From assembly GCF_006345805.1 (NCBI RefSeq), contig NC_043024.1, forward strand, positions 3,286,001 to 3,350,000: a stretch of DNA of 64,000 bases, written 5' to 3'. Both the position numbers and the translations under genes were made by a program. Positions within the stretch are counted from its first letter, which is position 1, and each line of letters opens with the position of its first letter. The notes under the pieces are model-generated. The model saw only the letters and a list, made by a program, of their open reading frames with translations, was not told where the DNA came from and did no database searches. This document shows positions 41,257-56,200 of this stretch, piece by piece. The DNA is from Octopus sinensis. Lineage: Eukaryota.

Positions 41257-44200
41257 ATATATGTGTGTGTTTATGACAAGCTTTTTTCAGTTCCCATCTA
41301 CCAAATTCACAAGGCCATAGTAGAAGACATTTGCCCAAAGTGCTATACAGTGGGACTGAACCCGGAACTGTGTGGTCAGGAAGCAAGCTTCTTACCACAC
41401 AGTCACACCTGCACCTGTCCACACAGCCACGCCTCTATTTGTAACTATTAAACATTTGCTGTTGTAAAAAGTGGGGCTAATGGTCAGAAAACTTTCCATC
41501 TTAATCCTTATTAAGAATAACAACAACTTAAAAACATGAATTTAACTTACATCTGTTATTTGTTGGTATTTTTGAGGTTTTGGGATTATTTTCAGTGTGG
41601 GATTGTTCTGATTTCACCTTCGCTGTCGACGCCGTTTTCGTTTTGGTCTCGCCATCACTGGGAATATCATGTAATTCAGAATTGGTGAATGCTTTGTTAG
41701 TGGTAGCCGCTGTGGTTTGTGCTGCTGCAGGGTCATCAGAAGGTTCAGATACTGTTCCGATTCCAGCTTCATTCTGTGATGATGTCTGTTTGTAGAGTAA
41801 ATTCACTGTGTCTTTCATCTCCTTTGAGACCGTCACAAATTCCTTGTTGTCCGTCATTGATTCTATTTGGACGTTAAAGTCAGCGCCATCTTTACAGTTG
41901 GTTGAATGGTTCAAGACATTCTCATTACTGTCCATGTCATTATAACTACCTCCACCACCGCCAGTCACAACCTTGAAATTGGATTTTTTGCCACTCAACT
42001 GTGTCATTTCGCTGGTGTCACTGCTCTCGTCCCCCGACAAGTTGACCTCTGGTGTTCCCCCGCGTTCGCTGCAAGGCGCCGAATCACAAGTTTCATAGTC
42101 CGAGTGGCTACTTGACGAGTCAATCGATGACTGGCGTTCATGGCCATTGATGTAAGATTTCCCTGTCGCTTCATGGAGCAAAGGGTTTGAAGTCGAGGAG
42201 CAGATGGCAACCGAGTTCACCGAATTAGTGACTTCCATGTCAAACATTGGCTGTTTCAGTTCCTCGTGCAATTGATCCATGAAACATCGCAGGAATTCCT
42301 GAGTATCCTTTCAAACAGAAGTGAAAAACAATTAATTAATAAATAGCATGGACATTTTCCAATGCAGGTATATGAGTGAAAAGAGCGATATATGAGGTGG
42401 TGTGGGTATATAATGTGTACGGAAAGGAGGGTAGCTATGAGGAGGTACCAAGCAATCTGTGTGGAAGGGATTGATGGAAGAGGAAAACACGGGGAAATGA
42501 TCTGAAGAGGCTGAGCTTCATAAAAGAGATGACAAAGGATTACAAGTGGTGTGATGCTATCTAACCTATGCAAGTAAGAAAAAATGGGTTGAAAATGGTG
42601 ATGTAACAGTAACAACATCTCTTTTAGTGTGCTCACCATGTGTACACATATTTATAGTTTAGCCCAGTTGTACTTAACTGGAGTTCACATGACCCTTGCA
42701 TTACCATATAAGATTTTGGTGTTAAAATTTATGTGCAATAAATGGGCTCTATTTCTACAATACATGAAATATATTAACAATTTTGTATAAAATTCTTAAT
42801 ATCTAATTATAAAAATACAATAGGATTTTTTAAAACATTGGATATGAGAGTCCAGTGGAGTAAAAAGGAATTGAAGGGGTTCATAGATGGTTGAGAACAA
42901 CTGGTCTGGTCAATGAGCAAATTTCTATTGTGGTCATACATCTTGCTAGATATACAAGTCAAATCTTGCTCAAACCACACCTTACTATCATCATCGTTGT
43001 CACTTAACATCCCTTTTTCCATGCTAGCATGGGTTGCATTGTTCAACAGGAATTGATGAGCCTGAAGACTGCACCATGCACCAATGTCTGCTTTAGCATC
43101 ATTTCTACAGCTAGATGCCCTTCCAAACATTTTAAAAATACACAATGGTCAGCATTGGATTGCCTGTGGCCATAAGCTAGCATCTGGATGAGATAATAAT
43201 ACAAAATCTAGAAAACAACTAACCTGTTGGGTGTATCCTTTGAACATGGGGTGAACAGATTTGATTCCATTTGCGATACCATTCGGAACGACATAGCTGG
43301 GCCTGCAACAGACAAGGTGAAGTGTTGGAATAATAATGGTTTCAAATTCCAGCACAAGGCCAGAAAAGGGGGCAAGTCAATTATATCAACCCTAGTGCTC
43401 CACTGGTACTTATTTTATTGACCCTGAAAGAATGAAAGGCATAGTAAGTCTTAGTGGGATTTGAACTCAGAACAAAGTTGGAAGAAATACCATTCAGCAT
43501 TCCGCCTGGCATGCCAACAATTCTGCCAGTTCATAGTCTTAAGTATTGTAATAATCCTTTTTATTATAGGCACAAAGCCTGAAATTTTGGTGAAAGGGAG
43601 ACAGTCAATTACATCGACCCCAGCACTTGACTAGTACTTAATTTGAACTCAGGATGTGAAGACAGACAAAATGCCACTAAGTATTTTGCCCAGTGTGCTA
43701 ACTATTCTACCAACTCACCACCTTGATAATGGTAATAACAACAGTTAACAGTAGTGTTGGTGATGGTTGTCTGAACAGCAGCAGCTGTTGTGGTAGTAGC
43801 AATGATGGTAGTAGGCAGTGAGCTGGCAGAATCGTTAGCGCGCCAGGTAAAATGCTTAGCAGTATTTCATCTGCCGTTACATTCCGAGTCCAAATTCTGC
43901 GGAAGTCAACTTTACCTTCATCCTTTCGGGGTCAATTGAATAAGTACTAGTTATGCACTAGAGTTGATGTAATCGATTTAATCCCCATGTCTGTCCTAGT
44001 TTGTCCCCTCTATGTTTAGCCCCCACCCCCACCCTGAGGGCAATAAAGATATAAACAATGATGGTGGTGGTAGTAGTAGTAGAAGAAGACCTGATGCTGG
44101 CCTCAATAACGTGAACTTTCTTACTGTTTAGTGGGGCTAAGAAAAGGCAACATTCATCCTTTCTTCCAGGGCCACAGAGACAGTAAACAAAGAGAAAGAG

Positions 44201-47200
44201 AGAGATAGGAGGGGAGAAGACCTTACAAACTTAATGAGTCACTGCAGTAGAAAGCAGCAAATGATGCAGGTGTTCTTTACTCACAAGACCTATCACTCAC
44301 TCACTTGCACATAAGTGTTCTTATCTATCAGTCCACCGACAGACAAATATACGCATTTATTCTCAGCCACCATACCACTCACAGACATAAGCATCCTGTC
44401 CACACTGTAAAGTGGTGGCCATTTGGAAGGGCATCCAGCTGTAAAAATTGTGCCAAAACTAACCTTGCCTGTGCTAGTGCCACGTAAAAAGCACTGAGTC
44501 CACTCTACAGAGTGGTAGGTGTTAGGAAGGGCATCCAGCCATAAAATCCTTGCCAAAACAGACACAGTAACCCAGGGTAGTTTTTCTACTTGGCCGACTC
44601 CTGTCAACTGTCCTACCCATACATGAATGGAAGATGATGTTAACCGATGATGATGATGATATATCATGGTATCAACCAGACTATTGGGTGTTATATATCA
44701 CTGGTCACAGTGTACTTTGCATTGTTTTAGCTTTCAAATGATGCCACCCTGTTGGCTTGGCAAGCAAGGCAACAAAGCTCTTGACCGGAAGGCTATCTTG
44801 TTGCATGGTTACCCATTAACAGCTGAGTGGACTGGGGCAACGTGAAATGAAGTGTTTTGCTCAAGAACATGACACACTACCCAGACTGGGAATTGAATGC
44901 ACGATCTAGTACGCACACACATATACACATGCATACTCATCCACTTTTGGCATATATAATCATCCTCGGCATTTAGTCCATGTTCCATACTTGCAATGGG
45001 TTGGATAGTTTGACAAAATCTGAAGGGTCCAAGAACTGCATTGTAGTCCAGTGTCTGCTTTGGAATGGTTTCCATGGTTGGATGCCCTTTCAAACACCAA
45101 CCACTTTACAGAGAGTATTGGGTGCTTTTGTTGTGTCCCCAACACTAGTGAGGTTACCATGTAGCTCACATGTATACATGCATGTTCTCATACAACATGT
45201 AGCCTTGTCTAATTCTACTATAGATTCAGATACAAGGTAATCAGCATAGAGAAGCTCCCGTGTGCAACTAATTTTAAATTCCTCTCATAGGGCCAGGTGG
45301 ACTGTGATAGACAAGTGTGGGAGATGAGAACTGAGCCTTGGTGAACTCCTACCTGCACACCAAATTTGTTGTTACACTTATTGATGACTTTCACCTTACT
45401 AACAGCATCCCTGTACATGACTTGTCCATTAACACCCCCCCACACACACACATACACACACATTTATTCTCAACCACTAAACTACTGGCATGTATAACTG
45501 CAGTATGTTGGAGCACCACCTTTAGTCAAACAAACTGATCCCAGGACTTATTTCTTGTAAGCCTAGTACTTATTCTATTAGTCTCTTTGGCTGAACTGCT
45601 AAGTTACAGGGACATAAACACACCAACATCAGTTGCCAAGCAATGGTGGTGGTGGACAAACACAGAAGGCACAAACATATATATATATACATATCTATAA
45701 CAGTCTTCTTTCAGTCTCCATCAAACAAATCCACTCAAAATGCTTTGGTGCCATGCAGTAGAATTGAACCCAGAACCATGTAATTGGGGAAGCAAGCTCC
45801 TTACCACACAGCCACACCTGCACCTACAAGAGAAGCAACATGAAAGCAAAAAAGAAAATAGAAAACCTACCTTTTCTTGTGCCAAATTTCAGAGATAAGC
45901 CGCAGATAATGGCGTGATAGCATTGGATTTCTGTCAGGTCGTACAAAGCCATAACAGTCGAGGAAAAACCGGGTTAGAGGAGGACTGCAGAATGAAGACA
46001 ATTTTAGGAGAATCATTCAACAGAAACTAAAGAATTAAAACAATATGAACAATTAAATATTTGGGGGAAGCTAGGTACCAAGAGTAGGTAGTTTATTGCA
46101 ATAGGGGTATTATAAATAAGACTGGGCTTTACGGAAACAAAGTAGCTGAGTTCCTTTTGAGTATTGGGCCTCACGAAGGCAATGACCAAGATCTTTGGCG
46201 TTATGTCCTGCTTGAGAAGAAGACCCATCAAGCCGAGCAAAATCGCAGTCATGGCAGATACTGGTTTTACGCAAATTGGCACGTAAAAGCACCCAAGTGT
46301 CACACAAATGGCACACAAACGTACCCATTACACTCATGGAGTGGTTGGCATTAGGAAGTGCATCCAGCCATAGAAAACCATACCAAATCAGACTGGAGTC
46401 TGGTGCAGCCTTCCAGCGTGCCAACCCAGTCAAACTGTCCAACTCATGCCACATAGACAATGGACGTTAAATGATGATGATGACAATGAGTTCTTAGTTG
46501 GCTGATTATCCACAAGACTAATAACATGACCAGAGACATGGTCTCTTGATTTGCTCGATATACAAGCCGAATCTTCTTCAGATCACCCTTGAGAATTTAA
46601 ATTAGCCAGACCAGGACAAAATGTTCTACCTATTTTATGTTTAAACTGGCAAGATTTTGCTTCTCACACCTAACCTACAATGCCAGTTATAAAAAGATAA
46701 AAAGTCACATCATCGAAATCGCATGGCTATGAGATAATGCAGGATAAAGCCAAAACGTTAATAAATAAGCATTACGTTTGACTGAGTAATCTGAATGTTA
46801 GATGGCTTAAATAATTCTAATTTTGGCACAAGGCCAGCAATTTTTAAGGGAGGGGTAATACTATCAACCCTTAATACCTGACAGTACTTATTTTATTGAC
46901 CCTGAAAAAATGAAAGGCAAAGTAGACGTCAGAGGAATTGGAATGTAAAGAACCAAAAGAAATGCTGCCAAGCCATTTCTTAGATGCTCTAATGATTCTG
47001 CCAGCTCAGAATATCTTGTCCCTTTAGCATTCATATTACTTTGTCAAATGTAATGCTTACTGATTCACACTGTTTGGAATTAATCATGGAATTAATTATT
47101 TCTGAGCTTTGAGATCTTGATGTGATTGTTTATTTTTAGAACATTGTAGGGTAGGTGTGAGAGATTGGATCTAGCTGGTTTGAACATAAAACAGAATATT

Positions 47201-49577
47201 TGGGCCAGACATGGCTGGCTTAAATGCTAATGGATTAGATACTATGTTAAACAATAAAAGGATGATGTAGTCCGGCATACAGTGAAAACAAAAAGGATAG
47301 TCATGGATGGAATGCCTTTGATTATAGTTGTGTTCAATCAACATTGCCCTAGGAATAAACAGCAACAATAGATTTATATATTGGGAGGTAATATTTATCC
47401 CCACTTAAACATGGATGTTCTATCAGAGTAAACTTTACTGTGATACTTGTCAGAATTGAGATAAATCTCCACTACCTTCAGTGCCGAGAACACCAAGTCA
47501 CAATTTCAGCCTTGTTTGGTCTTGTCAATGATGGACACTCAGCTGCTAGAGACAGTAGTGATTTATCTCCCCATCAATGATATATAGATTGACAGTGCTA
47601 GAACAGTCACTGGTGTTGTGATTAGTCAGTTAGCTTGACAAACACCATTCCTCTATGTGATCAGCTTGAAAAATTGTTAAGATATTAAGATATTTTAACA
47701 TGAAACCAATCGTAGCCTTAATACACAAATAAATTTTATCCACCAACGTGGTGTTGAGCACTCAGTCTCATTGTTCAACATTTACATGTGTGTGTGTATA
47801 TATATATATATATATGAGAGAGACAAATAGACAGAGACAGACAGACAAGACAGCAGGAGTAAAAGCCTTGACTGTCACACTGTCCAACATATAATTAATC
47901 AGAATATGTTAGGATTTGTTTTCATAGTTCAATCAGGAAATAAGGCGGTGCCTATGACACATTCCAGATTCTCTAAGATGGGAGGAAATGGAGGAAGTGT
48001 CCAGAAACCAAACACTTGGCCTCTAGCACTTGCAATAGAGCACATCCTACTAAAGGCATCCTTCACAAGTAAGCCATGGCAAGATTTTAACTCAGTACAT
48101 GAAGTACCAGAACAGATACCACAAGGCATCATGCTTGATGCTTTACAGATTCTGTTAATCCACTGCCTTAGGCTGGTACTTCATTTATCAAGCCAGGGAG
48201 GATGGAAGCAAAGCGGACCTCAGACTACAAGAATCCTGGATAAATACTGCAAGGTATTTCATCTGACGCTCAACCACTTTCACCAATTTACCAATGTGCT
48301 GTATGGCCCTCAACCAGACTGAGGTATGCTATATCAGGAGCTTTGACTTGAAACTAGTCAGGTCTTAATTGGAACTACACCACAACACCATAACCAACAA
48401 CTCAATTGCTTGATGTGCAAGAAGCAGCAGCTTAATCTCCCTTAATAACACCTTTTCCTATTTTTTTTATTAGATGGGACACATTACTTAAAATGGTCTT
48501 GGGTACACAGTACCTATTAAAAAGAAAAGAAAAAAGGAAAAAAAGAGATTAGCTGGCTATGGATAGAATGTCTTTTTTTTTCATTAGTCCATTTGATTAG
48601 GGCTCACCTGGAACAAAATAACAACAGTAGCAATAATGAGGTTTACAAAAGAGGTAACTGATGGAATAAAATAGCTTCTTACCAGTTTGATAAAGCTTGT
48701 AAAGCAGCATTCATATAACAACTGTTGCCCAAGTTCTGTAAACCTGTTAAACCTGATAACAGAGACGAGAGTAAGTTAACACAGTGTTGGTGTATATATT
48801 AAAAATATCTTGAAATACTAAAGAGTAAATTTATTCAAGAAAATCGCCATTGCCTTCAACTTGCAGCCTCCAGACGACTTTGGAATCTCATGCAACTTTT
48901 CTGGGCAGTCTCCTTGTTTAAGTTGGTGAATGCTGCCATAATCCTTGCCTTCAGTTTATGTTTGGTGTTACAAGGAGTTTTGTTGGTCTCTCACTCAAAT
49001 GTGCCCCAGACATAATAGTCAAGGGGGCTGCAGTCTGGGGAGTTAGGTGGCCAGATGTTAGGAGTGATGTGGTCACAGAGATTGTCTGACAGCCATGACT
49101 GGGTTCTCCTGCTTGTGTGGCATGGTGCAGAATCCTGTTGGCAGACATAGGGTCTTCCAGCAGCCACCTTCTTGACCCAGGGCAGCACTACCTCCTCCAG
49201 GAACTTGATGTAGGCCTTCTTGTTGAGTCTGAAACCATGTGAGAAGATGAATGGAGGCATAATGTTACCATCACTAGTGATCATGCCAAACACCCTGATG
49301 TTGACAGGATGTTTGATTTTTATCACTCTCAGAACAAGTTTTGGGGACAATCTGTCCACACATTAACAGCCAAACACTGAAATGCTTGTATTGGAGCTCC
49401 TGGCGCAAATGCCAAGCAGTACAGCATGTCGATTCCAAATTTCTGGCAGAGTGAACTGCATCATAGATAGTGGTGTTTTTCTCACAGACAGTGCCTAACT
49501 GACCCTACTGTAATGCGTAGTCGACAAAAATCAACCAAAAATATAAAATGGCATCATTTTATCCATCACATCCTGTA

Positions 49578-49627
<50 letters not shown>

Positions 49628-49640
49628 CACATACATACAT

Positions 49641-49671
<31 letters not shown>

Positions 49672-49977
49672 TGCAAATACATACATAACTTAACAAGGGA
49701 GTCTCTAGATGGTCACTCGACATGTTACAAATAGCAATCAAAGCTTCCTCAAAGCACTACTGTAGGGACACATTGAACAATGTAGTCCTTGACAGACAAT
49801 GGGATGCAATAGTGACGACTGAGCTAGAGCAAAACATTTAGTTACCTCTGGGTTTAATAGTATCATCATCCATATCAGACTCCGAGTCTTCGGGTTCAAA
49901 TGCACTTCTCTGTGGTGAGCTGTCAGTTGAAACATCTTGGTGGTCTAGCATCTGGTATGGCCGGTCTAATATTCTGA

Positions 49978-50011
<34 letters not shown>

Positions 50012-53000
50012 GCCCTGATGCAGTATCAGGCACTGGCTCTCGTGCCTTCTGATCTTAAGTAATTGAAAGTGTTATCATGTACATTGTTTTGTCTTGGTAT
50101 AAAAGATGGGTGAGCTGGCAGAAACATTAGCACGCCGGGCGAAATGCTTAGCGGTATTTCGTCTGCGTTACGTTATGAGTTCAAATTCCGCCAAGGTCGA
50201 CTTTGCCTTTCATCCTTTCGGGGTCGATAAATTAAGTACCAGTTACGCACTGGGGTCGATGTAATTGACTTAATACCTATGTCTGTCCTTGTTTGTCCCC
50301 TCTATGTTTAGCCCCTTGTGAGTAATAAAGAAATAGGTATAAAAGATGGGCTACAGTAAATATTCTGTTCAATACCACAGATTTGCTTGTCAGTTGGTTG
50401 ACCGTAACCAGTTGAGCATGTTCCTTAGTGGCTGACAATATGTGCACCCCTGATCATGAGCAGAAGTAGTGGGGGAGCATCATAGCCATGTGCTGAGAGG
50501 GATTCTTAGGGGTTTGGATAATTCAACTCTGGAAACATCTTTAAACAACTCTTATTCAGGGACCTTTTGAGCAGGATGGGCTACTTGACCTGAGGGAAAT
50601 TCTAACTGGGCCTCACCTGCAAGGTTATGCGCTGGTTATCTCGATATGAGATCACCATGTCACACACATATGGTTGTGATGCGTGTGATTAGTGTACACT
50701 TATCAGATGGGTAGTCATGATGGGAATACTAGGCTCTGTATATATTACCCCAGTGTCATTTTAATGGCATGCACTGTTCTCTCACTCAATAATAACAGTA
50801 ATATTAGTTGAGGGAGATAGTTGAAACCATTGACCCTAGTAAATGACTGGTAATTTATGTGTGCATGTGTGCGCAGACATGGCTGCATAGTTAAGAAGCG
50901 TGTTTTGGGATTGATTTATATGACTAAGCCTCCAAGGTAGTGCTCCAGCATGGCTGCTGGCCGATGACTAAAATGAGTCATATAAAAGTTGTGTGTGTGT
51001 TTGCATGACTGTGGTAAGAAGCTTGCTTCCCAACCACATGGTTCCAGGTTCAATCCCACTGCAAGGCACCTTGAGCAAGCTTCTTACCATACAGCCACAC
51101 CAATCCTGTTTTTTTCCCAACTTTGACCCTCCATAAATCCTAAATGTTATTTTAGAATTTATGGGAGCAACTGTCCTTGAAGACTCATATTGTCATTGAA
51201 TACTTGAAATGAGGAGTAGACAGACAGCCAACAACTAATGAAGGGTCATTTCTCTGTGTTTACTTGTCCTGTTTTTACATATTTCATGTTGTTTGCACAG
51301 TTGGTGACATCCTGTACCCATATATCCATATCACCGTGATCACTGTGACAGACCAGGCTATCAGATGTTGCTACACATTGCTGGTCACAATGCGCTTCGC
51401 ATTGTTTTAGCCTTCAAATCATGCCATCCCGCTAACTAAGCAAGCAGGCCAACAGAAGAAAGAGTGAGAGAAAGTTGTGGTGAAAGAGTACAGCAGGGAT
51501 CGTCACTACCCACTGCCGGAGCCTCGTGGAGCTTTAGGTGTTTTCGCTCAATAAACACTCACAATGCCTGGTCTGGGAATCAAAACCACGATCCTACAAC
51601 CACAAGTCCACTGCCCTAACCACTGGGCCATTGCGCCTCCACTATATATGCATATATATGCATACATATATATTTATATATATGCGCACATATACATTTA
51701 TATATATGCGCACATATACACACAACAGTAAACGACATGGTTTAATAAAAAAGACCAGTAATAGTAAAGTTATATTTCATATTATTGTGACTTCTAATCA
51801 ATCATAGACAAGAGAACAAATATTACAAGGTAAACATTATTATTGTTGCCATTTTGTCATGGAGCAAGGACAAATCAAGTTAGAATAATCTAGAACTGTT
51901 TCTTTAGCATTGTTTTCTTCTTTTTGTATATTTCCTCACCTTCACGATACTCTCTTCCCCCTCTGACCTACGATAAGAAAGCTTGTTTGCACAACATACT
52001 GTATTATTGCATAACATTAACACCAACCTTATATTAATTAAACATTGGCATCATTAAAATGAATATTAAAGAAAATAAATTAGGTAAAAAGAAAACAAAA
52101 AAATGGTGAATAATAAAATTATTTTTCGACCTTTAAAAAAAAAAATCCCACTGGAATTCCGCAACTTCCTCCTGGAATCTTGGTATGTGTCCCAGATTAA
52201 TAATTGTGGGAGATATCAATGTGACTGGTTGGTGTTCTGATGCAGAAAAACTGTACCAGTCACACAGTTATGCACAAAGGTGAAGTCAAGCATGCACACA
52301 CATACTATCACAAAGAGTCAGTCTCTCTCCCTCACTCTCTCTCTCAAACACACACTATCACAAAGCATCACACACACTCAGACACATCATTGCAGAGTTA
52401 TTCACATACACACATATCATCATAAAGTTCCTCTCACTCACTCACACAATCACAAAGTGGCACAGTCACGCACTCCACTTTCACAGTGATCATCACTTTC
52501 TGAGTTCAAATCTTGCTCAGGTCAACTCCGCTGTTCATCCTTTTAGGGTCAATAAAATTAAAGTACCAGTTAACTACTGGGGCCATTGTAATTAACTAGT
52601 CTCCTCTCCCAAGGATTATTATTAAAAAGATAGTTAGTTGGCAGAATCATTAGTCTGCCAGGCAAAACGCTTCACACCCATCTTAACATTCAATGGAACC
52701 TGGGCAGCTCTCCAACCATGCCAGTATAGAGATCAGACGGTAGAAGATGATGCAGATGTAAACATTGCACAACATCATGGTTACACTGATGTTCTAGTAA
52801 TCAGTGTAACCATGAGCTAAATATACAATTATCTGGTATAAAGCATAGCATATGTCCATTAGTGCAGACAATGTAAAATAACTTATTATACACTAAAATT
52901 ATTATTATATGCTGAAGGCTGTGAAACAGTCATAATCCTAACAATGACAAGTATTTAAATAAATATATTCACCATTCATACCTCCAATTTTATAGCTTTA

Positions 53001-53179
53001 ATATATACACACACACACATATAGTTGAAATTTACAGAAAAACAAAAGACGATGACAGGTGTATGGACAACAAGCAGGTGTATTAGTTTCAAGTTTGGTA
53101 AAGTGAGAAAGCCCTTTAGGTTTCGAGCCTACGCTCTTAAACAGAAAGGAATATTAAGAAATAAACAGAGAGAGAATGA

Positions 53180-53227
<48 letters not shown>

Positions 53228-56200
53228 GGTGTAGGCATGGTTGTGTGGTAAGAAGCATGCTTCCCACCCACATGGTACAATGTTCAGTCCCACTGCATGG
53301 TACCTTGGGCAAGTGTCTATTACTATAGCCTTCGGTTGATCAAAGCCTTGTGAGTGGATTTGGTAGATGTAAACTGAAAGAAGCCACTTGTATGTGTGTG
53401 TGTTTGTCCCCACTGCCCACCACCATCACTTGACAACTAGTGTTGGTGTGTTTATGTCCCTGTAACTTAGCAGTTCAGCAAAATAGACAGAATAAGTACC
53501 GGCTTACAAAGAAAAAGTCCCGGGGTTGATTTCTTCAACTAAAACCCTTTAAGGCAGTGCTCCAGCATGGCTAGTCAAAGTAACGGAAACAAGTAAAAGA
53601 ATAAAAGAATATATAGTACATCTTGTATGTTCAGTTGGATGTACAACTGCTCCTGTTGAGTTTGAAGCTCCACAAGATGACCATTGTTTGGTCTGCTTCA
53701 AGTATGGAGTCATGTAACTACTATATTTAGTAGTATTTCTAGTTATGACACAAAGAGTAAATTCAGGAGAAATTATGATAAATACAAGTGAACATCCTTT
53801 GTTCCCTACACATGTTTCACCATTGTGGTTGTTTGGAACTTTGCATTGAATGTTCCCAGTAAAATTTGATGCTTAACCACAATGGATCGTCGTCATCAGG
53901 GAAACATTTTATTGCATTGTTACAGAGGTCAAATGTCTATTGTCTGCCTCTAGATGTGTGTGTGTGTGTGTTGATGTTTGTTTTCGTGTTTATTGATAAT
54001 AAAAAAATTTTACATTAACCTGAAGAGTTACTATTCTTTTACTTGTTTCAGTCATTTGACTACAGCCATGCTGGAGCACCGCCTTTAGTCGAGCAAATTG
54101 ACCCCAGGACTTATTCTTTGTAAGCCTAGTACTTATTCTATCGGTCTCTTTTGCCAAACCGCTAAGTTATGGGGATGTAAACACACCAACATTGGTTGTC
54201 AAGCGATGGTGGGGGGACAAACAGTCACACAAACACATGCAAACACACACACATACATATATACGACGGGCTTCTTTCAGTTTCCGTCTACCAAATCCAC
54301 TCACAAGGCTTTGGTCAGCCCAAGGCCATAGTAGTAGTAGACACTTGCCCAAGGTGCCGCACAGTGGGACTATACATCTGTAGAATACAAGATGATTCTT
54401 AAACAAGAACATTGTTGACAGTGACTTTGAAGTCTTGGCCAGTTAAGCCATTGTCGGATGATGGCTTAACTGGTCTAAACTTTAAAGTCACTATCAACAT
54501 TATTCTTGTTTAAGAGTAGACACACACATACACACTACAACTACCTAGTCACTGTATTATGACACCAGGTAACAGAATATTCCACAGACATCTGTACCCT
54601 TAACATTATCCAAGGGTAGAATAAGTATGACCAGAAACATCCACATCCACCCACAAATACCTCCTCACTGATTTGGCTTAACCGGCCAAAACTTCAAAGC
54701 CACTGTCAACAATATTCTTGGTTAAGAATGCATATAGATACACAAACTGGCCGAGTATTCCACAAATACTTCTATCCTGAACACAATCCCGCAAACATAC
54801 TAAACAAGTGACAAGGTCAGGCTTACGAATTACAAGTACAACCTATTCAACAAAACATACACACACAATGTTAAAGAAAATACATAGAAACACAGAATTC
54901 TACACAAAAAAAATCCGAAGGCACTTACTGTAATGGTGGGCTGTTATGATCCAAAACTTCATTTTCACAAGAGTAACACCAAATTCTCATGGTAGTCAAG
55001 TTGATAGTCAGACAGTGATTGTGTTCCTAAATATAAACATATAGACGTCATGTACATATATTAGCATCGAAATTGGTCCAGCCATCAGCATCTTATCTAT
55101 GAAACTACATGTAAATAACACACCTTCCAACCTACGTAAAGCTTCCCACGTGATACATATACACGTTTGTATTTAAAATGTGAGGAAAAGTACTTGACAC
55201 GCACATATATCATCATCATCATCATTTAGCGTCTTTGCAGGGGTGGCTGTGCGGTTAGGAAGTTTGCTTCCCAACCATAATTTCAAGTTCAGTCCCACTG
55301 CATAGCAACTTGGGCAAATGTCTTCTACTATAGCCCAAGACTGACCACTGCCTTGTGAGTGAATTTGGTAGACATAAACTGAAAGAAGACCAATGTTTGT
55401 CTGTGAATGTTTGTGTTTCCTTGTTTTGATATTGTGATAGCTGTAAAATGATTTCCACTGTCATCCAAACAGTGCCATTCGTTTCCAATATTCCGCGGAA
55501 ACATCAGGTCACGGGGAAATATTACCTTACTTGGAAACAGGTGGTAAGAAAGGCATCAGGCCATAGAAAATCTGTCTCAGTAAAAGCTTCACTTGAGCCA
55601 TGCAAGCATGAAAAAGTGGATGTGAAAATGATGACAATGACATCAATGCTATGATAACTCAGACTTTAGTAAATATCTTAAGAGTGCAGATATGGCTCCA
55701 TGTTTAAGAAGTCCGCTTTGTAATCACTTGGCTCTAGGTTCAAACCCCCATACTGGGTACTACTTTTAAGTGTTTAACTGATTATATTGACCCTAAGAAC
55801 ATATTTCAGTAGGTACTAATTCAGAGAGCAGACAACTGATGGTGGTACAGAGGCAGTGATAGCAAGAGACCATTGCTAAATAAACTAAAGGGAAGACAAG
55901 TCTCAGTTGTGTTTTAAAAAGAATTATGGCAGCGATACGAAGGTGATAAGAGCAGCTTTAATAAGCTGAACTGGGAAACGAAATTAGAGTAAAATAAATA
56001 AATAAAAATACTAATTAGAGCTTGTTTTCTTTCTCTAAACATTGTGTGTGTGTGACTCTGCATTAAAATTACTTTTAAATAAAAGCATACCTATTCCCCA
56101 CCACACCTTTGCCGCCTCCTCCACCTCCTAGTACACTCAAGTACCATCAACAATGGGTAACGTAATAGTAGTTGTGTTGATGGCAATGACGGTTGCTGTG

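Noticed and set aside
47906-48322. 138-aa plus-strand ORF
   Set aside because: No recognisable domain, partly degraded SINE sequence, no supporting splice or start context
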